A stretch of DNA of 64,000 nt, taken from IMG/VR virus record IMGVR_UViG_3300034073_002120. One strand, given 5' to 3'. Positions 9,210 to 18,945 of the stretch are shown piece by piece (the stretch's first letter is position 1; every line of letters begins with the position of its first letter). The notes beneath the pieces were generated by a model. It searched no databases and was not told where the DNA came from. It was given only the letters and a program-made list of their open reading frames with translations. Made by a program: the position numbers and the translations under genes. The stretch is from a virus. Its lineage: Duplodnaviria > Caudoviricetes.

Positions 9210-9848
9210 TTAAAATACTACCCATTTTCCAGTTCCGTAGTGTGGATATTTTGATTTATATTGATAATAAATCACATCTTCAGGTATTTCTCTTTGAATT
9301 CCACCCCACGTATCCAAAGTTGGAGTATTTGTTGAAACACCATTATCTTCTACAACAAAATATAGTGGTAAATTATTATTTCTAGCGTATTTATGAACCT
9401 CATAAAAGATTCCGGTCTCAAAAGTCATATCACCGATGAAACACCACACTTTTTTATCTTCACCTTTTAACTTAATTGATTCAGCAACACCCAATGCAAT
9501 AGGTAAAATACCTGTTACAATTGCCGATGAATAAAAATTACACTTTTTGTTTACAATAGTGATACTTTTTCCATCCAAAATTTCGCCCATCAACCAACTT
9601 CTATCAATTCCATGCAACAAAGCATGGTAATGTGACCTCCAGGTCGAAAATACCCAGTCATCTACACCTACTTTTTTGAAAATTTCAATAAGTTGTTCTT
9701 CATTTCCGTTTGATAAGTGTATTGGGCCTCGGATTTTTCCACTTTCCCAATGCTTTATAACATCATCTTCGAACTGAATTAGGTCTTCAGGTGTTAAATT
9801 TCCATCTACCCATCTATCTTCGTGATAATTTAAGTTTTTAATTTCCAT
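9210..9848 (-). CDS. TPP enzyme alpha subunit (E1-alpha-like, minimal)
   Basis: GPIHLSNGNE, STWRSHYH, and the TPP-binding motif GDMTFETG...EDN. Confidence 0.85.
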   Translation of the reverse strand: MEIKNLNYHEDRWVDGNLTPEDLIQFEDDVIKHWESGKIRGPIHLSNGNEEQLIEIFKKVGVDDWVFSTWRSHYHALLHGIDRSWLMGEILDGKSITIVNKKCNFYSSAIVTGILPIALGVAESIKLKGEDKKVWCFIGDMTFETGIFYEVHKYARNNNLPLYFVVEDNGVSTNTPTLDTWGGIQREIPEDVIYYQYKSKYPHYGTGKWVVF

Positions 9849-10422
9849 TTCTATCCCTTTTTGATAATATTGGTTGTGCTACAGGCCACTCCACATTAAA
9901 TCTTTTATCGTTAAATACTATTGTCTTTTGCTTGTTCTCATCATTATACTCACCATCATACGCCATCTTATAAAAAAAGATAGAATCATCTTCCATCACA
10001 TAGTGGCCATTGGCAAACATAGGTGGAATTAAGACTTGTGTTGCGGTTTCCGGCGAAATTATAAAAGATTCCCATTTACCATAGGTTGGGGATTTAGGAC
10101 GAACATCCATAACTACCAAATATATCTTTCCTTGTAAACAACTTACCAATTTCCAAGTCTTCTCATCGTAATGCATTCCTCTCAATACCCCAATCTTTGA
10201 TTTTGAGTATCTATCATGTTTAAATTGTAACCCATTATTGCGTTCAGCGGCGGGCAACAATCTATCATAATAATCTGCATGATAAGTTGTAGAGATTGAA
10301 CCACGATATTCGTAATATGTGGATGGTTGTACGATTTTAACCTCTGGTAAAACCGAACCATTATAATAGTGGAAATCGTTCCAACTTCTCTCTTTGTAAA
10401 ATATACTACGTCCTTGTGCCAT
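9838..10422 (-). CDS. rmlC: dTDP-4-dehydrorhamnose 3,5-epimerase family (cupin)
   Basis: GVLRGMHY, KLVSCLQGKIYLVVMDVRPKSPTYGKW, IPPMFANGH, WP...ILSKRD. Confidence 0.85.
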   Translation of the reverse strand: MAQGRSIFYKERSWNDFHYYNGSVLPEVKIVQPSTYYEYRGSISTTYHADYYDRLLPAAERNNGLQFKHDRYSKSKIGVLRGMHYDEKTWKLVSCLQGKIYLVVMDVRPKSPTYGKWESFIISPETATQVLIPPMFANGHYVMEDDSIFFYKMAYDGEYNDENKQKTIVFNDKRFNVEWPVAQPILSKRDRNGN

Positions 10423-11371
10423 AACCTAATGGAAATCCATTCCTATATTTTGATGATAAATCTTGTATTAAAATTGTATAAGTTTTTATAAGTTCTTCAA
10501 TACCATCTTCCAAACTCCAATCTGGTTTCCAACCAGTATCTTCTATTTTTTTATTCGAAACTACATAATCTCTTTTATCGGGGTCTTCATAAAAATCTGA
10601 ATATGTAATTGCAAAGTTTGGTACAAATTCTTTAATTTTTTCTACCAATTGTTGTTTAGTTAAATTAGCGTTTGATAGACCTACATTAAATACTTCACCA
10701 CTAAAATTATCATAATTATTTATCATATATTCAAATGTTTTAGCAACATCTCTAATATGAATGTAATTACGAGTAAAATTTTTCTCAAAAATAGTAATGT
10801 ATTTATCAGTTAGTGCTTTGTAAACAAATTCGTTTACTAATAAATCCATTCTCATTCTAGGAGATGAACCAAAGACGGTAGCAAGTCTTATTGAAATACC
10901 ACCAATTGCAAGAACCTCTCTTTCTGCTTTAACTTTGGTCACTCCATAGTGGGAAATTGGGTTGAGTGGACTTTCTTCGGTACACTCACCATTCTCTCCT
11001 ATCCCATATCCACTATTTGTGTTTGGATATATAACTTTTGTTCTTGTATTTTTTGCTAACTCACAAACTTTTCTAACGTGTTCGTAATTTACTGCAGTTG
11101 CAAGGTCTTTATCTCTATCACATGCAGGAAATCCTACAATTGCTGCTAAGGGGATTACAACATCAAATGTAGTAACTAAATCTTCTAACAATTTATGATT
11201 TCTAACATCACCATAAATAAAATTAAATCGTTTGTTATGTGAGTAATGAATTAAAGATGTTTGATTATACATCAAATTATCTAATATAGTAACACTATAA
11301 CCATTATTCAACAATCGCTCAGTCAAAACCGAACCTAAGTATCCTGCACCTCCTGTAATTAAAACTCTCAT
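10406..11371 (-). CDS. NAD-dependent epimerase/dehydratase (extended SDR)
   Basis: TGGAGYLGS, LAAIVG, YGVTK (YxxxK), RLATVFGSSPRMRMDL. Confidence 0.9.
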   Translation of the reverse strand: MRVLITGGAGYLGSVLTERLLNNGYSVTILDNLMYNQTSLIHYSHNKRFNFIYGDVRNHKLLEDLVTTFDVVIPLAAIVGFPACDRDKDLATAVNYEHVRKVCELAKNTRTKVIYPNTNSGYGIGENGECTEESPLNPISHYGVTKVKAEREVLAIGGISIRLATVFGSSPRMRMDLLVNEFVYKALTDKYITIFEKNFTRNYIHIRDVAKTFEYMINNYDNFSGEVFNVGLSNANLTKQQLVEKIKEFVPNFAITYSDFYEDPDKRDYVVSNKKIEDTGWKPDWSLEDGIEELIKTYTILIQDLSSKYRNGFPLGYGTRT

Positions 11372-11372
11372 A

Positions 11373-12788
11373 TTAATTTAAATTTTCTAATAATATTTTT
11401 TGTGTTCTATTTGTTGTATAAAATGAATGTAATAATTTTTTATTGTGAATCAAAACAGATTCCATATTTTTTATCATTTCAATCATTTCTGATTGTGTTT
11501 TATTACAAAGTTTTTTTACCTCTATGATTATCATATCACAGCGTTTTTTGTAATTTTTTTCAGAATCATAACTTTCATCCCAAAAATCACTAAACGTTTT
11601 AAAACCTAATGATTTTAAATATCTTAATGTGTTTGGATTACCTACAACAAAAAATGGATGAAGATTCATTATTGGTTTCATAGTTTTTTCAGTAATAAAA
11701 AGATATTGAGATTCTGCATTAGTTTCACCTACAATTGTAAAAAAAGTTTCCTCATATTCTTTATTTCTACTTAAAAAATTATGAAACCAAGCTATTTTTT
11801 CACCGTCTTCTTCATCTATATTTAATGGGTAATAATTTGTATAAGTAGTTCTAAGTTTATTGAAATCACCCTCATTCAAATCTATCTCATCTGCAGAACC
11901 AGCAAGTTCGTTCATTCTATCTTCAAATTCATCATTTTTAATAAGAGAAACATATCCATTATTTAATAAATTTTCTTCCCATAATTTCATTACAAAATAT
12001 GGACGATGTAACCTCGATGTATTTCTATTATACATTAAGAAATATTTTGGTTTTTCTTCAAATTTTAATTCAGTTTGTAATGAGTAAACATACTCCTCTG
12101 AAAGTATTTGATTATTTTTTGCTGCACGAATTTCTGATATAAATTTGCCTGAATCATTAATGTATTGGTCGTTTATAAAACGTTTTATTCTATTTGTATT
12201 ATATGGATTAATTTTATTATTATCCATTTCCATCAATAGTACATTATTACCACTAACAAATACTTTACCATCGTCATTTATTTCGTATTTATCCAAAAAT
12301 GAATTAATATTTTGAAATAAATTGTAACTATGTTCGTATGAACCTTCCCAAATATCAATAAAAAGAATTTTAAAATTTTTATTTTCTTTGAATAACTTAA
12401 TTAGTTTAGGCGATAACATATTATCTAAACTATTATATTCTGTTCCATAATATTCAAACAATACTTGATTAGCAAATGATTCAAAACATATTACATATAA
12501 GTCGTTTTCATTTATAGTTTCATCAGTTAGCTCGGTCGTTAATATTGTATCAATTGTTTTTCCACGTTCTAATAGTTTAGTTTGATATGATATTGGAAAC
12601 GATTTATATTCGGTAGGATTATCCATATTTGTTATAAACACCACATCCTTTTCATCACATATCGTATCTATATGAGATAAGCAATTATATGGAAATGAAT
12701 ATTTGTTATACCCTAATGGTAAAATACCATTTGGTGTTTTAAACTCATATACAAAATGAATATTTTTTTTTAATTCTCGGTCATCCAT
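11373..12788 (-). CDS. putative glycosyltransferase, GT10-like paralog family (copy 3)
   Basis: KYFLMYNRNTSRLHR; FTIVGETNAE...FITEKTMKPI...PFFVVG...GFKTFSDFWDESYD. Confidence 0.55.
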   Translation of the reverse strand: MDDRELKKNIHFVYEFKTPNGILPLGYNKYSFPYNCLSHIDTICDEKDVVFITNMDNPTEYKSFPISYQTKLLERGKTIDTILTTELTDETINENDLYVICFESFANQVLFEYYGTEYNSLDNMLSPKLIKLFKENKNFKILFIDIWEGSYEHSYNLFQNINSFLDKYEINDDGKVFVSGNNVLLMEMDNNKINPYNTNRIKRFINDQYINDSGKFISEIRAAKNNQILSEEYVYSLQTELKFEEKPKYFLMYNRNTSRLHRPYFVMKLWEENLLNNGYVSLIKNDEFEDRMNELAGSADEIDLNEGDFNKLRTTYTNYYPLNIDEEDGEKIAWFHNFLSRNKEYEETFFTIVGETNAESQYLFITEKTMKPIMNLHPFFVVGNPNTLRYLKSLGFKTFSDFWDESYDSEKNYKKRCDMIIIEVKKLCNKTQSEMIEMIKNMESVLIHNKKLLHSFYTTNRTQKILLENLN

Positions 12789-13507
12789 CGTTTATCATAA
12801 TTTATTAAGTTATTACCATTTTTAGTAATATCTAAAACTTTATATGGAGTTAATTTTTCAAAATTGTAAACAGCAACTGGTCTGTCTGATTTTTCCCATT
12901 TTCCATCAAAAGCTCTTTTAATATCTTTAGAATCCATATATGTTTGAAACACTCCACAAAATGATATATCTCCTTTGAAATAATGTCTATGTTCTTCTGG
13001 ACAACTATCTAATGGATTTGCAACACCTACCCACAACCAAGATGATGAATAATCTGCTAAATCATATATGAATTCTTGACTTATTTCAAAATCATTTGCA
13101 CTAAGTTTAAATAATTTTTTAGTTAAATTAAATGAAATAGAAATATCCATATAATCGTTAGAAATATCAGTTTCTGCATTTAATGGTAATAAAATTTGTT
13201 CGTATGTGGCGTTTTCCGAAGGTTCACCGATGATTTCAGTATCGTTACGTTTTTCTGTCCAACACATTCCTTTCAATATTCGATAATTATTACCTGTTTT
13301 TGCTATTGATATTCCTAAATGTTTTCCATTTTTTATCATAATACCAACCTCTTGCGTTTTAGTATTAGGTATTAAAAAATCCCAATCAACTTTTACTCTC
13401 ACTAAAAAAGTAAAATCACCAAGATGTAAATCGTTTGAATTGACTCTACTTAGACCATATTTACTTGTAGGTGGTATAAACCACGCATCATTTCCGTTGA
13501 ATATCAT
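12770..13507 (-). CDS. LamG/concanavalin A-like domain protein
   Basis: DFTFLVRVK, WLWVGVAN, YFKGDISFCGVF, AVYNFE...VLDITKNGNN; similar to the inserts in the two GT7 ORFs. Confidence 0.6.
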   Translation of the reverse strand: MIFNGNDAWFIPPTSKYGLSRVNSNDLHLGDFTFLVRVKVDWDFLIPNTKTQEVGIMIKNGKHLGISIAKTGNNYRILKGMCWTEKRNDTEIIGEPSENATYEQILLPLNAETDISNDYMDISISFNLTKKLFKLSANDFEISQEFIYDLADYSSSWLWVGVANPLDSCPEEHRHYFKGDISFCGVFQTYMDSKDIKRAFDGKWEKSDRPVAVYNFEKLTPYKVLDITKNGNNLINYDKRWMTEN

Positions 13508-14937
13508 AATTTAATTGTTTTGGTAAATTCATAAAAATCTGCTAATTCTGGAAATGTTTTTTTAAAATCAGTTCCTCTACGTCTATCGTGTTCTTCAAAG
13601 TATTTACCAAAATTATATCTTTGCTCAAATAATTTTTTATCATCTACAGGTGACACCATCCAATCATAAGTTCTTTTTATTTTTTGAATTTCAATATCAG
13701 AATAACCAATATATTTATGGTCAAAAAGTGGAACTCCTAAAAAATCTGCTTGCTGTGCTTGTTGATAAATTAGGTGTGCGAAATCATATGGTAATACTTG
13801 AACTGTTTGATGTGTTGGATATCGCAAATACGATGTATCTAAAAATACTGCAGAATTCCAATACCTATCATTCGAACCATATTTATGTTTTAAATCATAA
13901 ACACCATCGATTAATTTATGATAATTTGGCACTGATAATGCATTATATGTAACCATAAAAGTAAGATTTACTCTTGGACACTTTTCTAATACTTTATTTA
14001 CATTATCCCAAAAACGATTAAATTCGAGTCCGTTACGAATATATTCTGCTTGTTCCCCCCAACTATCACATGATGTAAATATGATAAATTCTCTAACTTT
14101 ATTGTCATCACAAATTTTGTTTATTTTATCAATAAATTTATCAACCAATTTATCTGGTACACCTAAATTTGAATTTATGGCAAGATTAAGTTGTCTATTA
14201 GGGTCTTTATGTTCTATAATATAATCTAACACATCCCATGTATCTTTACTCATTAATGGTTCACCGCCGGTAATTCTAAACGTGTGTAAATCTTTATATA
14301 ATTCCGGCCACCATTTCCAAAATGCATCTACATATGGATTATAATCCGAATGTTTTATTGGCATTTTATTTTCTACTGCATTATGTTCTAATGAATTAAA
14401 TTTATCAGTTGTTGGATATGAACCAAATTGTTCTATTTCTTCCATCCAACGAGATGAAAACGCAGGTGCACAATAAGAACACTTAAAATTACAAGCATTT
14501 GAGAATGCTACTTCTACATATTTTGGATTATAGTCATCTCTCCAATTTGTTTGTTTAATCTCATCCATAAAAGGATATGACCAACTCTCTGCAGATTTAA
14601 ATGTTCTATCAGAAAAACGGTCTGAATTATCTTCTACTCCCCAACAATAATCACATTCAGATGGTCGTTCACCTTCTAACATTTCTTTTCTTCTTCTCTT
14701 TTTATATTGAGTATTATGAAGAGCAGATGGATTACGTTCAATTTCTTTAGTAGGTATTGGATGAGTACGAGGGTGGTGACATGAATGTGTATGACCCAAT
14801 TGTAAGTGTAATGTAGTCTGTGTCCATTTAGCTAAACACATACCATTCCCTTGTGCGTTTAATTCATTTCTAACACCAACGTAAAATGGATTTTCACCGG
14901 TGAGAGTTTTCTTAAGGTCTTCCTTTTCTTCTGCCAT
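13504..14937 (-). CDS. radical SAM protein (twitch-like N-terminal Cys motifs)
   Basis: CLAKW...SCHH, CDYCW, CNFKCSYC, ITGGEPL, INSNL. Confidence 0.85.
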   Translation of the reverse strand: MAEEKEDLKKTLTGENPFYVGVRNELNAQGNGMCLAKWTQTTLHLQLGHTHSCHHPRTHPIPTKEIERNPSALHNTQYKKRRRKEMLEGERPSECDYCWGVEDNSDRFSDRTFKSAESWSYPFMDEIKQTNWRDDYNPKYVEVAFSNACNFKCSYCAPAFSSRWMEEIEQFGSYPTTDKFNSLEHNAVENKMPIKHSDYNPYVDAFWKWWPELYKDLHTFRITGGEPLMSKDTWDVLDYIIEHKDPNRQLNLAINSNLGVPDKLVDKFIDKINKICDDNKVREFIIFTSCDSWGEQAEYIRNGLEFNRFWDNVNKVLEKCPRVNLTFMVTYNALSVPNYHKLIDGVYDLKHKYGSNDRYWNSAVFLDTSYLRYPTHQTVQVLPYDFAHLIYQQAQQADFLGVPLFDHKYIGYSDIEIQKIKRTYDWMVSPVDDKKLFEQRYNFGKYFEEHDRRRGTDFKKTFPELADFYEFTKTIKL

Positions 14938-14962
14938 AACTTAGTTTATATATGTATATATA

Positions 14963-16429
14963 TTATAGTTTTACATTTATCATTTTTGCTTGAGGAGTTA
15001 ATTGATTAATAGAAATCAATTCATATTCTAATTGAGTAATTCCATCAGATTTATAATCCCAATTACCTTGTTGCATTTGTAAAACATATCGTCTTTCATT
15101 TCGAGCAGTTGTTTCTCCCTTTGCCCATTTATCAACTCCACCAACTTTTATCAATCCTTCATCTTTATGAGGTAAACAACGTAATCTACCTGGTCTTCTA
15201 TGTGGAATTATAGTGTATGGTATTTCTATTTTTTCCATAACCGATTGACAACGTTTAATATCACCATTAATTCCGTTTCCACTAAAATCAATTGCAACAT
15301 TTGGTGAATCTATTTGTGTTGGATGGTTAAAATCATAATGTAAAGTTAAACCATTTGATGGAAAACTTTTATGTAAATTTTTAATTTCTTCTGATGACAA
15401 AGCACGATTCCAAAATTTTATATTTGCTATATCACCTTTAAACCATTTATTTGGTTGTCCTTTTCCTACGGATGTTGTTGTTCCGATATAGTAATCATCC
15501 AATCCATAACTTTTTAAACGATTTTCATAATGTAGTGGTGATTCAGTACCAGTTCCATGTCTTGCATCACTTTCTTTACCATTTAAATAAAAGTGAATAT
15601 TTTGATTTGCAGAATCTACTGATAAGGTTACCCAACTCCACTGGTTTTCATAACGTTTTATCCACTGGTATAGATGTTTTTGCTCAGAATCCCAAAGTTG
15701 TGCGGTATATGCTCTACTATTGTTATATGATAATCCGTAATCGTATCCTGGTCTTCGTATAATAGGGTATTCACAAAATCGTCTTTCAGTATCACCCACT
15801 AACCAAATAGGAACTTTTTCTTCTTGTTGATTTGCACGAACTAAAACTGAAATTGTGTGTGAACGTGATGTTAGATTTCTAAGTGTATTATGTTTTTCAA
15901 TTTTAATATGTGATATTCTTCCATCAAAATGTAAAAATGATTGAGGTGTTTGTGTATATTCCATATAAGAATCGTTTGCATAACCTTCTAACACACATCT
16001 CCAAAATAAATCATCATCTTCCATACCCCAATCCCAATAATCATTAGAGTATCCATTTGTTCGTTCTACTTGTTCTTTGGAGAATATTACTGCACCACCA
16101 AAATACTCTTCGTATTTCAACTTATAATCCATTTGAGAGATATTCGTAGCGATGTGTATAGGATGTTCTTTTGGAAATGAATAATCACATCCTTCTTCTG
16201 GTATCATATCAATATCATGCCAAACTATATAATCACACCCATCTTCAAATGCGTGTTTAGCTGCAACGTTTTTCATTGCACCTCTATTAAATAATTTATC
16301 ATCAGTTTGATGACCAAAATATATACAAAAATCAATACCTTGTTCTGTTAAATATTTACTAACAGCCGGTATAAATTCTTTTAAATGTTCTTCTCTATTT
16401 CTATATGGTACGCAAACTCCTAATTTCAT
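14963..16429 (-). CDS. GT7 (beta-1,4-galactosyltransferase-like) with inserted LamG domain
   Basis: VPYRNR, FNRGAMKN, HDIDM, YFGG, NGYSNDYWDWGMEDDDL; then LamG (FYLNG, WFKGDIANIKFWNRALS); then the GT7 C-terminal tail. Confidence 0.85.
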   Translation of the reverse strand: MKLGVCVPYRNREEHLKEFIPAVSKYLTEQGIDFCIYFGHQTDDKLFNRGAMKNVAAKHAFEDGCDYIVWHDIDMIPEEGCDYSFPKEHPIHIATNISQMDYKLKYEEYFGGAVIFSKEQVERTNGYSNDYWDWGMEDDDLFWRCVLEGYANDSYMEYTQTPQSFLHFDGRISHIKIEKHNTLRNLTSRSHTISVLVRANQQEEKVPIWLVGDTERRFCEYPIIRRPGYDYGLSYNNSRAYTAQLWDSEQKHLYQWIKRYENQWSWVTLSVDSANQNIHFYLNGKESDARHGTGTESPLHYENRLKSYGLDDYYIGTTTSVGKGQPNKWFKGDIANIKFWNRALSSEEIKNLHKSFPSNGLTLHYDFNHPTQIDSPNVAIDFSGNGINGDIKRCQSVMEKIEIPYTIIPHRRPGRLRCLPHKDEGLIKVGGVDKWAKGETTARNERRYVLQMQQGNWDYKSDGITQLEYELISINQLTPQAKMINVKL

Positions 16430-17859
16430 TATATACCAACATTTATTATTTGAATTTTATCACTCACTCTTTCTATACCATATTCAATAAATTCAAGAGT
16501 GTTTAACCCATCATTATATATTAATTCGTGATGTTCGTTTACTTCATTTGTAAATCTAAGTTGATTCCAACGCGTTGATTGGTCTTTCCATTTATTTCCA
16601 ATAAATCCATTTTCTTCATGTTTGAGTGATTTAAAAAGAGATTCTCTTCGTTTTGGTACATCAAATTCGATAGTATCTTCAACATCCATTTCAATTATTT
16701 CACAATTAACAATTTCACCCATATTATCATTATATGATAAATCAATTAATTTATAATCACGACAATATGATGATTCATAATATAATTTTAAATTATCTGC
16801 AGATTTATATTCAGCAAAATTTACATTTAAAAGATTATTTTTATTATTAACTATTTCTAATATCTCCGTTTCATTCAACGTTTTATTGAAACATGCAAAA
16901 TACTCAAAATACCCCTTAAACCAATTTGGAATTATTTCTCTATCTGGATTACCTACTCCTAAGTAAATAAATTCTTCTTTTGTATATTTTGTATAAAATT
17001 TTCTAATAATTTCGGTTTCACCTATAAGAACACCATCTTGATACATTTTTATTGTTTTCGATGTGTTGTTATATGTAAGTGTTATATTAGTTCTATATGT
17101 TGGTTTAATTTCGGAATTTAAATATATTGCTTTTTTAGTAGAATCAAATACACAAAAATTATAACGATTAAACGATGTGTATGAAATAGCAAAATCATAA
17201 CCAGGAACACTAAAAATGGAATATTCATCCGATGGTTTAGTGTGGTCAAATTTTAAATCGGTTGGTTCAAAACAAACAGTTATAGAAAAATCATCAGTAA
17301 AATCTATTGTATTTTTTGCTTTAACTAAAGCATTATTTCCATTAAATTTTAATACTTGTTTATTTTTTGTAATGTTTTTAATATATTTTTTTGCAAGTGG
17401 AATATTGTGAAGTTTACATCTTAAAAATAAATCATCATCTTCATATCCCCAACCCCAATATTTGTTAGAATATCCATTAATTCTTTCAAAATCATCGACT
17501 GGGAACATTGTCACTCCACCGAAATATTGGTCAAATATTACTCTATGGTCTGATTTATTTTCAAATTCAAAATTTGTAGCAAGATGTATTGGAGAATCAG
17601 TTGGAGTGTAATCTGCATAGATAGGAAGCATATCTACATCGTGGAAAATTACATAATTACATCGTTGTTTTTTAGCATAACTAAATCCGATATTAAGTAA
17701 CATTCCACGATTAAATAATTTTGCATCATCTTGCTGAACAATTATTATTCTATAATCAATATGTGAATTTCTTCTAAAATATCGAGTTATATTTTTTTTA
17801 AATTCTTTTAAGTGTTCAGGTCGATTACGATATGGAACTATTATTCCAAGTCTATCCAT
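16429..17859 (-). CDS. GT7 (beta-1,4-galactosyltransferase-like) with inserted LamG domain
   Basis: VPYRNR, FNRGMLLN, HDVDM, YFGG, NGYSNKYWGWGYEDDDL; LamG (MYQDG, WFKGYFEYFACFNKTL); tail ...HEENG...DGLN. Confidence 0.85.
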   Translation of the reverse strand: MDRLGIIVPYRNRPEHLKEFKKNITRYFRRNSHIDYRIIIVQQDDAKLFNRGMLLNIGFSYAKKQRCNYVIFHDVDMLPIYADYTPTDSPIHLATNFEFENKSDHRVIFDQYFGGVTMFPVDDFERINGYSNKYWGWGYEDDDLFLRCKLHNIPLAKKYIKNITKNKQVLKFNGNNALVKAKNTIDFTDDFSITVCFEPTDLKFDHTKPSDEYSIFSVPGYDFAISYTSFNRYNFCVFDSTKKAIYLNSEIKPTYRTNITLTYNNTSKTIKMYQDGVLIGETEIIRKFYTKYTKEEFIYLGVGNPDREIIPNWFKGYFEYFACFNKTLNETEILEIVNNKNNLLNVNFAEYKSADNLKLYYESSYCRDYKLIDLSYNDNMGEIVNCEIIEMDVEDTIEFDVPKRRESLFKSLKHEENGFIGNKWKDQSTRWNQLRFTNEVNEHHELIYNDGLNTLEFIEYGIERVSDKIQIINVGI

Positions 17860-17870
17860 TCTAAAATATA

Positions 17871-18062
17871 TTATTTACCTTCATCAATATATTTCTTCTT
17901 CCACTCATATAGATAGTGTTCTATTCTTGGACCCCACTCATCTTTATCGATTTCTTCAAACCATAAAGTAAGTGCATCTAATGAATTACCTATCTTTTCT
18001 AAAGCTTTAACTTTACGTTCTTCAAGCAATTGAGATGCTTCGTTTTGTGTTTTATCTGCCAT
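17871..18062 (-). CDS. hypothetical protein (63 aa)
   Basis: ORF fills the gap; TAAGTT-ATG leader and TATTTATA motif upstream. Confidence 0.65.
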   Translation of the reverse strand: MADKTQNEASQLLEERKVKALEKIGNSLDALTLWFEEIDKDEWGPRIEHYLYEWKKKYIDEGK

Positions 18063-18080
18063 AACTTATTTGTTTGTATA

Positions 18081-18088
18081 TATAAATA
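18081..18088 (-). promoter_or_regulatory. TATTTATA candidate late promoter
   Basis: In the 34-nt intergenic gap upstream of 17871..18062. Confidence 0.45.
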
Positions 18089-18096
18089 TATTTTTT

Positions 18097-18945
18097 TTAT
18101 ATTTTGGTTATTATTTTACTCAATCGATTCCAATATGTATAATCGAAAAAATTACTTTTTGTATTCGTCATTTTTTCAATAAAAAACTTAGAATTTTCAA
18201 CATCTATTTTAAAATCGTTTGATTCTATTTCATTATACATTAGTTCATATTCGGATGAAAATGCATATTCTTTTTTAACATCTGCAACTTGTTTTATTCT
18301 ATCTACACAAGTAGAATCCCATTTAAAATGATGTACTTGTATTAATCCATCACCTCTACCAACTGGATAACGTTTTGGATGTGATGTACCCCAACTATTT
18401 TTCCCATCCTCTACAATTGCATAATGTTGACCAGGGGTTACATCAACATATCCTTTCATTATACAAACTTTATTAGGACAAGCCCCACTTAGTGGATGTC
18501 TAAAAAATCCAGCAAGTGGAAACTTTTCCCAAATATTAGAGTCTTTCTCAACGATTGGAAATTCTCCATTTTCTCCTATCCTATCTATGAATCCACCAGT
18601 TATAAAATCCCAACCATTTTCTTCGCATTCTGAAATAAGTTCTTTGATTGGTTTTGGATAAATGTGAAATTCATCATCGTCTGAAACTACCCACCATTCG
18701 TTTGGTTTGGTTCGTTTAATTTCGTTATATAATTCGGTTACTTTTTCCCAATTGAATTTTGGTTCAGTAACTACTTTAATTGGCGTAATTCCTAATTTTT
18801 TAACTTCATCTAATATACCATCGGTTTCTGTCTGTCTATAAACAACGACGTGTATTTCATCAACTAATGGTTTGTAATGATTAATCATATGACCCAACAT
18901 AGTTGTGTTATGACCTACTACTGTAACTAAATTTATTTTTGACAT
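18097..18945 (-). CDS. GT2-like glycosyltransferase (GT-A fold)
   Basis: LVTVV...MINHY, WWVVSDDDEF (DxD-like), GQH, VHHFKW. Confidence 0.7.
   Translation of the reverse strand: MSKINLVTVVGHNTTMLGHMINHYKPLVDEIHVVVYRQTETDGILDEVKKLGITPIKVVTEPKFNWEKVTELYNEIKRTKPNEWWVVSDDDEFHIYPKPIKELISECEENGWDFITGGFIDRIGENGEFPIVEKDSNIWEKFPLAGFFRHPLSGACPNKVCIMKGYVDVTPGQHYAIVEDGKNSWGTSHPKRYPVGRGDGLIQVHHFKWDSTCVDRIKQVADVKKEYAFSSEYELMYNEIESNDFKIDVENSKFFIEKMTNTKSNFFDYTYWNRLSKIITKI

Noticed and set aside
2972-9848. Pyruvate dehydrogenase as an auxiliary metabolic gene
   Set aside because: The subunits are truncated, no E2/E3 is in the window, and the context is NDP-sugar genes.
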